The notes under the pieces were generated by a model. It was not told the origin of the DNA and made no database searches. It saw only the letters and a program-made list of their open reading frames with translations. The position numbers were made by a program, and so were the translations under genes. Below, in pieces: positions 12,990 to 24,129 of a stretch of 64,000 nucleotides of DNA. How positions within the stretch are numbered: position 1 is the first letter of the stretch; every line of letters begins with the position of its first letter. This DNA comes from Eledone cirrhosa (Eukaryota): the NCBI GenBank assembly GCA_964016885.1, contig OZ024742.1:273978001-274042000 (forward strand). The letters run 5' to 3'.

Positions 12990-13980
12990 GATGATTTAAA
13001 TCAGTAATGTTCAGTTTGTTTGTGATGACAATGTTTTTTATGAATTATGTTAGTCTTGTGTATTATCTTTTGGTTCAGTTTGGAGTTCTGGATATTAGGG
13101 ATGGTGTTTCGTTCCCCCATGTCAGATTCTTTCATTTTCATCCATTCGATCATAATTTCATCCATCGAATTGGCAAGTTCATTCTCATTCATTTCTTCAT
13201 CATTTACGATCTCATTGTTTTCATTTTGAGTTTCATCTTGTGCATGCACTCCCTCCACTTTTTCGATCCTTTCTTTAATTTCTTCTGTTGTAAGGGATTC
13301 CGCCCCAACCCTGGGATTCGATGTGTTACAATTTACCTCGTTTTCACTGACACATGTTTCATTTTCCCTTCGCTGACTTTGTGCTAATAGCTTGATCTGA
13401 TCAATTTCTATATCAGTTAGTAACTTTTTTTAACAATATTTCTTCGTATATTGGCTAGTTTGTTACTGTCAATATAGCCTCTGTTTTGGGGATGTTTCTT
13501 TTTCCAGTTGATAAATGTCTGTTCTGTATTCGATGTATTTGATGGGTAGTACATGGCAGTGTCGAAAGCCTCAAGGACTTCTTTATTATCTTCCCTTGAC
13601 GATGTTTCACTCTTTTTCTTTGGATTTCTTGGTGGTGAGCATGGAGGGCCAATAGTAGGAGCATTCCCGTTATGGGAGGTCTCCAGCTCCGAAGTCATGG
13701 GAAGGTTTGAACCATTAGCTGAATTTTCGACCCCAGTCTGGTTCCTCTCTGAGGGACGCGGCCCTTTTTGACTCGGGTGACGGCCGATCCGGTATGAGAT
13801 TTTATCATTTGACATTTACTTTATTTTGTCGCGTTTTATCCTTATACGCCAAGGGGTAATCATTTCGTGTTACCACTTCTAGGACGAGTGTCAACCAAGA
13901 CTAGAGGGGTCGTCCTCCTCTAGGGACACGGCTATTCCCCGCCGGCCGCCATCCCGGTATTTCTTGGTCACGGGGTTTTC
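12990..13980 (-). mobile_element. 5' fragment of an R4/Dong-like LINE (5'UTR and N-terminus)
   Basis: MSNDKISYRIGRHP...SREDNKEVLEAF...NKLANIRRNIVK parallels the N-terminus of the R4/Dong copies (WTKELNRTVMQCY...QKLAGQARVI). Confidence 0.6.
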
Positions 13981-14934
13981 TTTTTTGTTGTTTTTTAAAT
14001 TGTTATTATCATGAGTGGTTCCTTAATGTGAGCATTGCGTGGCTTAAGAATGTAATTATTAATAATATAATATACTTTTTGCTGAAGTTGCCGGTTATTG
14101 TTCTTGGCTATGTCGGTGGTGGTGCTGGGGCTTTTTTCTATTGTTGGTGTGGAAGCCAGGAGCCAGCAATGCCATAGTCATTGACATTTGACCGAGTCAG
14201 TAAATCAATCTATTTATATCTTTTGCTAGCCTCACCCTTGTCTAGTGTCACCGCCACTTTCCCCTTTCTTAAGTTAACAGAAGGTAATGGGGGAATAGTG
14301 GTGGTAGCAATGAAGGAGTGGTGGCGGCGATGATGGGATAGTGGTAGCAATGATGGATGGAGTGGTGGCGGCGGTGACTATGGTGATGGCGTTGTCGTTA
14401 CTGAGTTTTGTTGAATAGACTGTAGTTTGTTTGATCTGTGTATCTATGCGGTTTGTCGCGTATGTTTAATATATGTGTTGACATATTTTCTTAATATTTG
14501 AATTAAACATTTTTGAGAAAACTTGAGACAATAATAATAGTAATTAATATTATTATGCTGGGATTGGTGGTGGTGGTGGTGAAATTGCCGTTATCTGGCT
14601 GTTGTATTTAGTGTACACAGAGGGGTGATGGGATAGGTGGTGTATCTAGTTTGTGACGTTGGTGAAATTTCTGTTATTTGGCTGTTCTATATAGTGTAGA
14701 CAGAGGGGTTTTCTTCCATTTATTACCATTTTCTTTTTTGAATATAATATTTATAATACAAATTGAATATTTGAGCGATATAACAGGATATTATGGATCC
14801 GAATTTTCTAAGAGTTGAGTCTGGTGCTTTATGTATCATTTGTACTAAGAATTGTTATATCACAATTGTTTTAAATATGTTAAAAATCAAAAACTTACGG
14901 GAGCGATTTCATAACCTTCTATCCACCACGTGAG

Positions 14935-17900
14935 TCTTCTTCACTGAGTCATTGATGCTAGTTAACTGGAAAGTTTGTTGAAATGAATATCCAGCCACTA
15001 CCTGCAGCCTCAGATATTCAGGATGTATCGGAGGGTTCTTGCTGTTCCCAGCAAGCATGCCTTTTGAAGCGTTCCAAAAAGCGTGAAGGGACAATTTTCT
15101 TTAACCATCCCTCGAAACTTTTTCAGATAGTCCCTAGTGCGCCTATGACAATCAGGATCACTTTGACTTCATGGCAGTTCCAAATCCTTTTTACCTCCCA
15201 CGTTAAGTCCTGGTATCGGTTAATGTTCTCCCTCTCCTTTTCTTGCACTCTCGTGTCGAATGGGCAGGCCACATCCACAATCAGGCACGATCTTTTTTCT
15301 TTGTCCACAACCACCAGGTCGGGTCTATTGTGTTCCAGTTTCTTGTCCGTCTGTATCCTAAAATCCCACAGCACCTTCACCTGATCGTTTTCTATCACCG
15401 CCTTTGGCTTATGCTCATACTACTTCTCAGAATGTGGTAAATTGTTTACTTTGCATAGGTGCCAGTGGATCACCCTGCCCATCATATCATGTCTCCAGCC
15501 CTTATAGTGAGTCTGGGCTAGGTGTTTACACTCGGATACAATGTGAGCCACAGTCTCCTCTCTCTCTCCACAGATCCTGCACAGTCGGATAGCCTCCTCA
15601 TTGTAAATATGGTGTTTCAACCACTTCGTTTAGAGGGCCTGCTCCTGCGCAGCCATTAACATTCCTTCTGTAGCCTTTTTAAGGTCTCCTCTTTTCAACC
15701 AGTTCCATGTCTGTGGATCTCTAAATTCAGTTTTATCAAAGAAGGTACTATGAAGGGATTTTTCCTGAAGGCTGCTCTTTCTCCTTGATGTTATTTCCTC
15801 CTTGGACATCCCCTTGCCTATTGTCCCCTCCTTCAGTACAGTTCTGAGCATTGGCTCCTTACTATCAGTCACGTTTTTGTGTAGGTTGTTTTTCTCCATC
15901 TGAACACAGTCCTCTATGCTGATAAGACCTCTTCCACCTTCAGATCTCCTTAAGTAGAGTCTATCGACATCACTCCTCTTGTGGAACATGTTGTAGATAG
16001 GCAATATCTTCCTAGTCTTCCTATCCATTTCTTTTTGTTCAGCAACATTCTATATCAGAATTTCCGCACTGTACCTAATAATAGACACAGCTCGGGAATT
16101 TACTGTACTTATGACATTCCTACTGTTCAGATGTGATTTTAATACGCTCCATACTCCGAATGTATTCAGTTCTTATCAATTCCTTCATTTTTTTGTTCTT
16201 CAGCCTCCAGAACGCCCAAGTACTTGTATCCTTCTTCAGAGTCAATTTCCTCTATCATCTCACCTGTTGGTACCTGGATTTCGTTACTTCTGCTCAATTA
16301 CCCCTCTTCATCACAATGACTCCACACTTACTAATACCAAATTGCATACATATATCATTGCTGAAAATACGGACAGTGTCAACAAGCACATACAACTCCT
16401 TCTCACTCTTCCCGAAGAGCTTTAGATCGTCCATGAAGAGAAGGTGATTGATGGTAACGCCATCCCTTTCCCAACCTGTATCCTGCTCTCTCTTTTCGCA
16501 GTACACTGGTCAGGGGCATGAGGGCAAGGACAAACAACAGAGGGGACAGACTTTCCCCCTGGAAGATACCTCTCTTGATCTTCACGCTTCCCAAGGATTC
16601 TCCAGTTGATGTTAACTCTGTTTCCCAGGACTTCATACTTTTGCCCAACAACTGTCTGATGTTATCTGCTACCTTGAAGATCTCCAAGCTTTTCGTGATC
16701 CAAGAATGAGGCACCATGTCAAATACCTTTTTGTAGTCTATCCATCTCATGGCAAGACCAGTGTGTCTCCTCTTGCAATTCCTCATTACCATCTTATCAA
16801 TAAGTAACTGGTCCTTTGTACCACGTGACTTCTTTCGGCATCCTTTCTGTTCGTCAGGTAACAAGTTGTTTGTGTGGAGGTGATGGTAGATTTCCTCAGA
16901 CATAATGCTTGTCAACAGTTTCCACATTACGGACAGACATGTGATAGGTCTATAATTGGTAACATCATTACCCTTGATTCGGTCTTTCATTATCAGAACT
17001 GTTGTACCTTTTGTCAACCACTCTGGTACCTCACCTGACATCAAGCAGTCATTGAACATGGTTGTCAGTTTCGGGTGGAGGGATGTTATATTGTTAATCC
17101 AATACCCCTGCATACCATCTGGGCCTGGTGATTTCCAGTTGGTTAGTTGTTTGGCCTGCCCCTTAAGAGTTTCAACTGTGATACTCAAATCAGTTTGTTG
17201 GTGTGCCTGTTCATTAATCTCCTTTTGTACTGTTTCAATCCACACTACCTGGTAATTATGTTTAACATCCTGGTCCCATATTTCTCTCCAGAATATTTTA
17301 GCATGTTCCGCCTCAGGGATCAAATCGTTGCCTCTTTCTTTCCCTTCAAGCTGTCCAAACAGCATCTTCTGGTTGTTGTCGAACATCTGGTTCTGTCTAT
17401 ACTGACTGACTCTGTTCTCGTATCGCCTGATTTTTGCACTCTTTGCTACAATGCGTTGCTTCAGTTCCTCTATAATAATATTTAGCTTTTTGCTCCTAGT
17501 TTTGTTTTTTTATTTCCAGTCTATTTTTAGTGTCTATGTTTTTTAGTGTCCCATTCAGTAGGGACTCAATCTTTGCAATGTCATTTCTCATTTCCCTGAT
17601 TTGACCACTCAGTCGTTTCTTCCACCAAGGCTCTGCTCTTTCTTGTCTGTTGTTTCCTCACGCTTTTATACCAAGTAATTTCCGCATCGTATTTGCTGTT
17701 GCTTTGAGAATATTGTTGCACTGGTGAAGGCTCCTCGCCTCAAGGTATGGGGTGACTTTGTTTACCCTAGCTGTTGTTTCTTTTAACTTTTTCCTGTCTA
17801 CAAATCTTAGGTTCATAGGTCTCCCACTATCATTGTCAATTCATCTACCACTAAGTTTAGGATATCAACCAAATCTTGTCCTAGCCCGTCAGCATTCATC

Positions 17901-18554
17901 TCCTCAGTGGCCGTATCTCTGTTCCAGGTATTATTCATCTCAGCATTCAGATCATTGTCTGCTTCGGGTGGTTCCTCCGTTCTCTCACCCACTTCACCTT
18001 CATTTCCCACTGGCTCGTTTGTTTGGCATACTCCACTCTCCATCTCCAAGCTAATCTCTCTGCTCAGTTCCTCCAGTTCCAGCTCGCTTATCCACCCATT
18101 ACTTCTTATTACCCGAGCCTACCCGGCCAATTTTTGTTCATCTAATTTAAATAGACCAATCTCGTTCCAGATGTTATGCATCCGTTTCCTGTAGCCTTTC
18201 TACTTGGGGTTTCTCTTCAGGTAACATTGCATAACAGTTCTATTCAATTCTTTCGTCCAGTTGGTTCTGGTCCCTTTCCTTCTTCTTTTTCCTCCGACAC
18301 CAGCAGAATTTGGTTGACAGCCAGGTCCCTGCTGTTGAGCCAGGGAGCACCTGTTGGGTGAGAGTCTGTCACATGACATTCTAGTCTCCATTTCACCGTT
18401 ATTCGAACTGTTTAGGTTCGACATTTAAACACTCTTATCGAGGATTGGCGAATGTATGGTTACATAATCACCGGTGATTTCGTCACTCCCGATGATTTTT
18501 GTGTGGCATATCACGCTGTAGACGAACATAAATAAACAAACAAACAAACAGGCA
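14935..18554 (-). mobile_element. Near full-length degenerate R4/Dong-clade LINE (RT plus restriction-like endonuclease)
   Basis: ORF from 18424; NYRPITCL, EQKGC, IDYKKVFD, GIFQGESLSP, HLLFMDD; CCHC CRICGEREETVAHIVSEC, RHD, RPDLVVVD...IVDVACP; 5' end abuts (AAT)n on the sense strand. Confidence 0.92.
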
Positions 18555-18607
<53 letters not shown>

Positions 18608-18608
<1 letters not shown>

Positions 18609-19095
18609 GGCGACCTCCGTAGTAAATCGTATCATCGTGAGCTCCGCAAAGGTTTGTTATTTCCGTTTGTTAATAATTGCCATTTATGGAAAATGTTTAT
18701 TGTTAATTGTATATAAGCGCACATACATTGTTTTCCGAAAAGGACACCCAAAAAGATTGGGGCCTTGTGTCCAAAATTTAAATTTTATGATTATCAAAAA
18801 ATTTCTTTGAAAAAATCATGGCTAATTCACCTCTGCACCAAGCGGCTGAGAGCCTTCCTCACAAACTAACACCTCACACCGACACCACCATTGTAAATAT
18901 TACTACGTTTGCCAACACTAAACATTTATTATTATTATTCGAAGTCTCCCCCCTATTGGGGAATTTTTCTTTGTTATTTTATTTCAACCTCTGTTTTTTT
19001 TTTACACGCAGAAATGCCCATTTGTACCGTCCTGTATTGTCCTGTACTGTCCTTAATGTCTACTTTATGTGAACCCTTGTGGTTAATAAAGAAAA

Positions 19096-19097
<2 letters not shown>
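18608..19097 (+). mobile_element. Short Tx1-derived element: 5'UTR/ORF1 start plus 3'UTR
   Basis: ggggccttgtgtccaaaatttaaa...ttgaaaaaatcATGGCT resembles the 5' end at 41245-41310; 18940-19097 matches the Tx1 3'UTR (ccccctattggggaattttt...cccttgtggttaataaagaaa) followed by (ATT)n. Confidence 0.65.
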
Positions 19098-19160
<63 letters not shown>

Positions 19161-19161
<1 letters not shown>

Positions 19162-20060
19162 AGTTGCATTTATCTTGCTTTATGTTCATACGAGTTATCA
19201 CCAAGTCACAACCAGTGACCTCAAGAGACAACAAGGTCCGCCATGTTCAAGAAAGAACATACATATTCACACATGCATCTTTAGTGTTTAGACTTGTGAT
19301 GTACTTATATTGACAGAATCTTCCTTAGTATATGGGCAGTTCCCATTAGTACTATCTTTTGTATTTCTCCTATACGCGGGTTTCCTGGGATTTGCGATAT
19401 GTAATCATTAGACCCCTTAGGTATCATTCCCAGAGCCCCTACAACCACTGGTATTGTTTTAGTTCTCAATTTCCACATTTTTCCAATTTCTATCTCCAGG
19501 TCCTTATACTTGCTCAATTTTTCAAATGTTTTTATACATTCTTGTCTATTGGAACAGACATATCAATTAGCAGGCATACCCTCTGTTGAAAGTCTTTCAA
19601 TATTATATCAGGTCTGTTTGCATTTATTTTTCGGTCTGTTTGGATGCTAAAGTTCCACAAGATTGAGATGTGATCTTTTTCAAGTATGGGAGGTGGTTGA
19701 TGCTCCCACCAATTCTTTTGATGGGGCAGGTCAAAATGCTTACACATTATCCAATGTATGTATTGTGCAGCTCTGTCATGCCTGTTTAGGTATTCGGTTG
19801 GAGCTATAGGACTGCACATTGAAATTATATGGTCAATGGTCTCTGGTTGTTTTTTGCATACACGGCATAATGGGCTGCACCCATTTTTTATTATGTTGGC
19901 TTGGTAATTTTTTGTTGGCAGAGACTGATCTTGTGCCGATATAATCAGTCCTTCAGTCTCCGATTTCAGTCCAGAGGATGCCAACCACTGATGGGTTAAA
20001 GTTTTGTCAACATCAGGATTGTTAGCTCGCTCTGGGTATTTTCCATACAGAGGCTTTTCT
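19161..20060 (-). mobile_element. 5'-truncated R4/Dong LINE, second family (RLE end)
   Basis: GLKSETEGLIISAQDQSL, CRVCKKQPETIDHIISMC, RHD, NRPDII, KYKDLEIEI...IQKIVLMGTAHILRKIL; (AAT)n on both sides. Confidence 0.9.
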
Positions 20061-20574
20061 TGTTATTATTATTATTATTATTATTATTCGTCTTTTTGTT
20101 TCTCTCCTTTCTTTTCTCCCCCGCTGCTACCAGTCGAAGGCAACAATCGAAGACATCAATCGGAGCCAATGGTTTAAGCCAACAATTTAAACTGCCACCA
20201 CATCTGTTGGTCAACACTAACAAGACTACGGATAAAAATATGAACTTTCCTCTGTCAATATGTATGTAAAAACTAAACATGTTTTCTCCATTTTATTACT
20301 ATTCGTATAAATATGCAATTTAACTGCACTATATATTTCCGTCATTGAAAGAGCATATAAAGCTGAAACCGGTACTCGATTAAATGCGACAATTCCCACT
20401 TTATAAGTAAATATTTTGATGTTATGATAAAAATATCCCTCTCTAGCATTTGCTACTGTATTTTTTCGATTTTACTATTTGCTTATATATATATATATAT
20501 ATATATATAATATGTAGAAAGGATAACACACTAGAGCGAGATGGAGTGTTTCGATAAAAAAAACAGGGAAACCT

Positions 20575-21176
20575 TTTCCTTTGATCACATAATTTACAGG
20601 GAATAACGCAAGTCTATGACTTCGTTTATATTTGGATATGTTGCTCCCTATAACAGTCTTTCCTCTCTCTGTTTGTTTGAGCATTTCTCTTTGAATGGTT
20701 TAGGGCTGCCCTTTCTGGCGGCTCATCCCTCAGGGGCCGCTGGTTCACTGCCCTTCGCAACCTATCACATTCTCTCTGCCACGTGGTGTAGGACGGTTTC
20801 CTTAGGTATTTTAGAGTTTTCAGGAATTTATCTGCTATTCACACGCTGATGAACCATTGGTATTTACATTTCGGTCATTAATATAGTGGCGTAACGAATC
20901 ATTTTAGATTTGTACGTGTGTGATATATAGTTATGGAGGTGCGTATATATGTTTTGATGTATATCTTTAATTATTATGTGTCTACCTTACCTTCGGTAGT
21001 TTATAGATTCCATACACTGGTGGTTTCCTCGTTTTTTGATCGCACACAGTCTATCTCTCACTAGTATGTTATTAATTCTACATTTGGTAATTTGAAGAGT
21101 CCAGGATTCCATTTCCTTTGAGCACATAATTTACAGGGAATAACGCAAGTCTATGACTCCGTTTATATTTGGGTAT
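20575..21176 (+). repeat. ~537-bp unit bounded by ~64-bp direct repeats, containing a hammerhead
   Basis: 20575-20639 recurs at 21112-21176. Confidence 0.75.
20840..20920 (+). ncRNA. Hammerhead-like motif with GUAA
   Basis: cacacg-CTGATGA-accattggtatt...aatatagtggc-GTAA-cgaatc[atttta]gatttg-TA-cgtgtg; all three stems pair. Confidence 0.65.
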
Positions 21177-21234
21177 ATATATTTATAGATATACATATAT
21201 ATATAGGTATGCGTGTGTATATATATATATATAT

Positions 21235-21870
21235 GGTGGCTGCCAACTCGTTTTCGAGTACGGCCACTACTTTACATCCATGTAGGATAACCCCTACCGA
21301 AGCGCTGAACGAGTGTGACTTTTTAGTACAGCCAGCGACTTGAAACCTCTGGTACAAACACTACACCTGTGACAATTATTGACACATAGTGCTGGGCTCA
21401 TGGTAGGACAATTATTGACACATAGTGCTGGGCCCATGTGAGGACAAGTGCAGAGAGATCTCCAGATATAAAGCAATGCCTGTGCCGTGAAGCTTTTATA
21501 GTGAGCAAAGGCACTGCACAAAGCCAGTCCCACTCTCTTAACCAAGATGATATTTACCAAAAAGAAGAACAAGTCAACATCATTGGATACCATCAGGGTT
21601 GCAGGTGTTATATCAGAGTTTTCCTTCTCCTAGAATTCTGCCTTGACAAAGGCTAAGGGGTCATCTCTCCCGGTGATTTTGGATGGCCATTGACTCTTAA
21701 GAGCTCCTTTGCCCTTTGACAGGTTTTGTTTTTAGTCCTGCAGGATGTCCAAAGTCACCCTCCTCACCAAGAAACCTTGGTGGGGTTGCCAGTTTAGTCG
21801 CCAACGACCCGACCATGAGACAGGTTGTACTGGGATACATGTTACCAGTAGCACCAACTGGTGACCTGAC
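21235..21870 (-). mobile_element. Bipartite non-autonomous RTE derivative (5'UTR fused to the 3' end)
   Basis: 5' part has tagcc...ctaggagaaggaaaactc, shared with the RTE 5'UTR near 46115-46155; 3' part encodes the RTE-like terminal zinc finger CSVCTRGFKSLAVLKSHTR; in (TA)n. Confidence 0.7.
21789..21845 (-). ncRNA. Candidate HDV-like ribozyme (degenerate)
   Basis: Minus: taacatg tatc ccagt acaacctgtct catggtc gg g tcgttggcga ctaa actgg; P2, P4, J4/2 CUAA and GG are present; P1 and P3/L3 are imperfect. Confidence 0.4.
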
Positions 21871-21898
21871 ATAATATATATATATATGTATATATAGG

Positions 21899-21946
<48 letters not shown>

Positions 21947-22133
21947 TATGTGTGTGTGTGTGTGTATATATATATATCTATCTATCTATATATATATATA
22001 TATATATATAGGTATGTTTGTGTGTGTGTGTATATATATTCATATATATTATATATGCATATATCTATATAAATGTGCACATATATGTACATATATATAT
22101 ATATATACATATATACATATATATATATATTAC

Positions 22134-22182
<49 letters not shown>

Positions 22183-22204
22183 TATATACATATATATATA
22201 TTAC

Positions 22205-22322
<118 letters not shown>

Positions 22323-22367
22323 CAAAATATTAACAAAGGAAGATATTCACATAATCAAAATATATGC

Positions 22368-22428
22368 TTTATTATATATATTTCGAAGGTACTGTGTTGT
22401 TTTTTCCAGTGCGTCCTCGTCAGATAAA
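22368..22428 (-). ncRNA. Hammerhead in the PLE 3' pLTR
   Basis: Minus: tttat-CTGACGA-stem II-GAAA-tatata-TA-ataaa. Confidence 0.75.
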
Positions 22429-24011
22429 ATATATGATTTGATATATGACATACCTCTACGGTCTTGATATTTCAATTCCAGTATTGGCAGTGATTTATTT
22501 CAGCAAATCTCAACATTTATATACCACAGATAATAATATGATAAACTTAAAGAAGAAAAGGACGTGGAGCGAATTAGAGATATAAAGAGAAGTTGTAAAG
22601 AAGAGGAGGTGCAAGAAAATAAAAGAGAAAGAAAAAGAAAAAAAAATACATATATAAATATTTAAATGAATAAATAGATTCGTGAATAGAGGAAGACATA
22701 TATATAAAAATGAAGAAAAAGAAGAAAGAAGAAATAACGACAAAAGAAATTATGGGGGGTAGGTAGAAAAAACGTTGTTTTCAAATATTAGGTCAATTGA
22801 GGCAACAAATAAATTACCATAAACCATTGAATATCTCTAGTATTGTTAAGCTAATTATACTTATATAATATGTCAAAATTAATCAATATACATTACTTTT
22901 CATGTCCGCTACATATTTATTCAATTAACAATTTATATAAATTAATTTAACTCATTATAGATTTTAATTTCTGGTTTAGGTAATATATTCCATAAGTATT
23001 TTGTTACAACTTTTAAAAAATGTATCTTTAAAGTATATGTAAATAATTATTAAACATGTATTAAAATATATATTAAAATACATGCATATATCCCCTTTAT
23101 AAAATCGTTTCAAATCTTTAATTATCATATAATTACAGGATTAAATTTTAGTTATATTTACTCTCAAAAGTTTTATTTCGTTAATTTATATTTACTTCAG
23201 TAATTACAAATTATTACAGTTTCCTTTTAAAGAAATTCTTATATTATTCAACTATATAATTATGTCAAAAATTAAAATAGCAAGCTATTCAAACAGAATA
23301 AAAATATTTACGAAGAATGTAAACAAAAGGAAGATAACTCATTCACCATATCTGAGCTTTAAACAATATATTAACTCTGAAATCTAGTGATATTTCTAAA
23401 CTATAAATCAACAATTGTCAAGTTAAATATAGAACTGTCCTGATCAAAACGTAGGTTTCAGAGACTCATAATGAAATTATTATAATAGATTAAACATCAA
23501 TACATTATTACTCCCGTAAGGCAAAAATTATAAATATATTTATAAAATTATTAACTGTCAATATATTTTCGAAACTTGTACAATGCTGGGAATATTTTGC
23601 CGTTTCTATGTTGTCATAATTTGCAATTATCAATAGTCTCGAGATTGCAAAGATTGCAATTTGGCTAAATGGAAGCGTTCTTATAGGAATTGGCAATTTT
23701 AACCGTGTCCAAGAGATGGAGTATTTAATATTCTTGTCCTTCAAAGAGCATATTAATTGTGAGAGTGAAGTTGAAATTTTTTGTCTGGTTCCGAAAATGA
23801 ATTTTTATGATTGTACCAATGAACCTGAAACCCAGATGAAGTTGCACCAATGTAGTTATATATATTATTATTTGTCTTAATGGTGCATTTATATACTAGA
23901 TTCTTGTCAAGGCAGTTATTTTGTAAGGGACATTCTGACTTCCTTCTACAGTTACATGTCTTCTCGATGTTATTTCTATACCTAAATTATTCATATTATT
24001 ATTATTATTAT

Positions 24012-24101
24012 TAACTTTGACTTTCATCCTTACGGGGTCGATAAAATAAAGTACCAGTAATGTACTGGGTAATTGCTGGACTTGTGCCAATAGTAGAAAA
24101 A
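24012..24101 (+). mobile_element. 5'-truncated SINE with (ATT)n tail
   Basis: aactttgactttcatccttacggggtcgataaaataaagtaccag...cttgtgccaatagtagaaa matches 33905-34085. Confidence 0.85.
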
Positions 24102-24129
24102 ATTATTATTATTATTATTATTATTATTT

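Noticed and set aside
13935-13955. GGCCGGC identical to HDV P1
   Set aside because: No complementary P1' or J4/2 downstream
20340-20380. TTGAAAG-agc..gct-GAAA-ccgg-TA
   Set aside because: Possible decayed HHR, but stem I is absent
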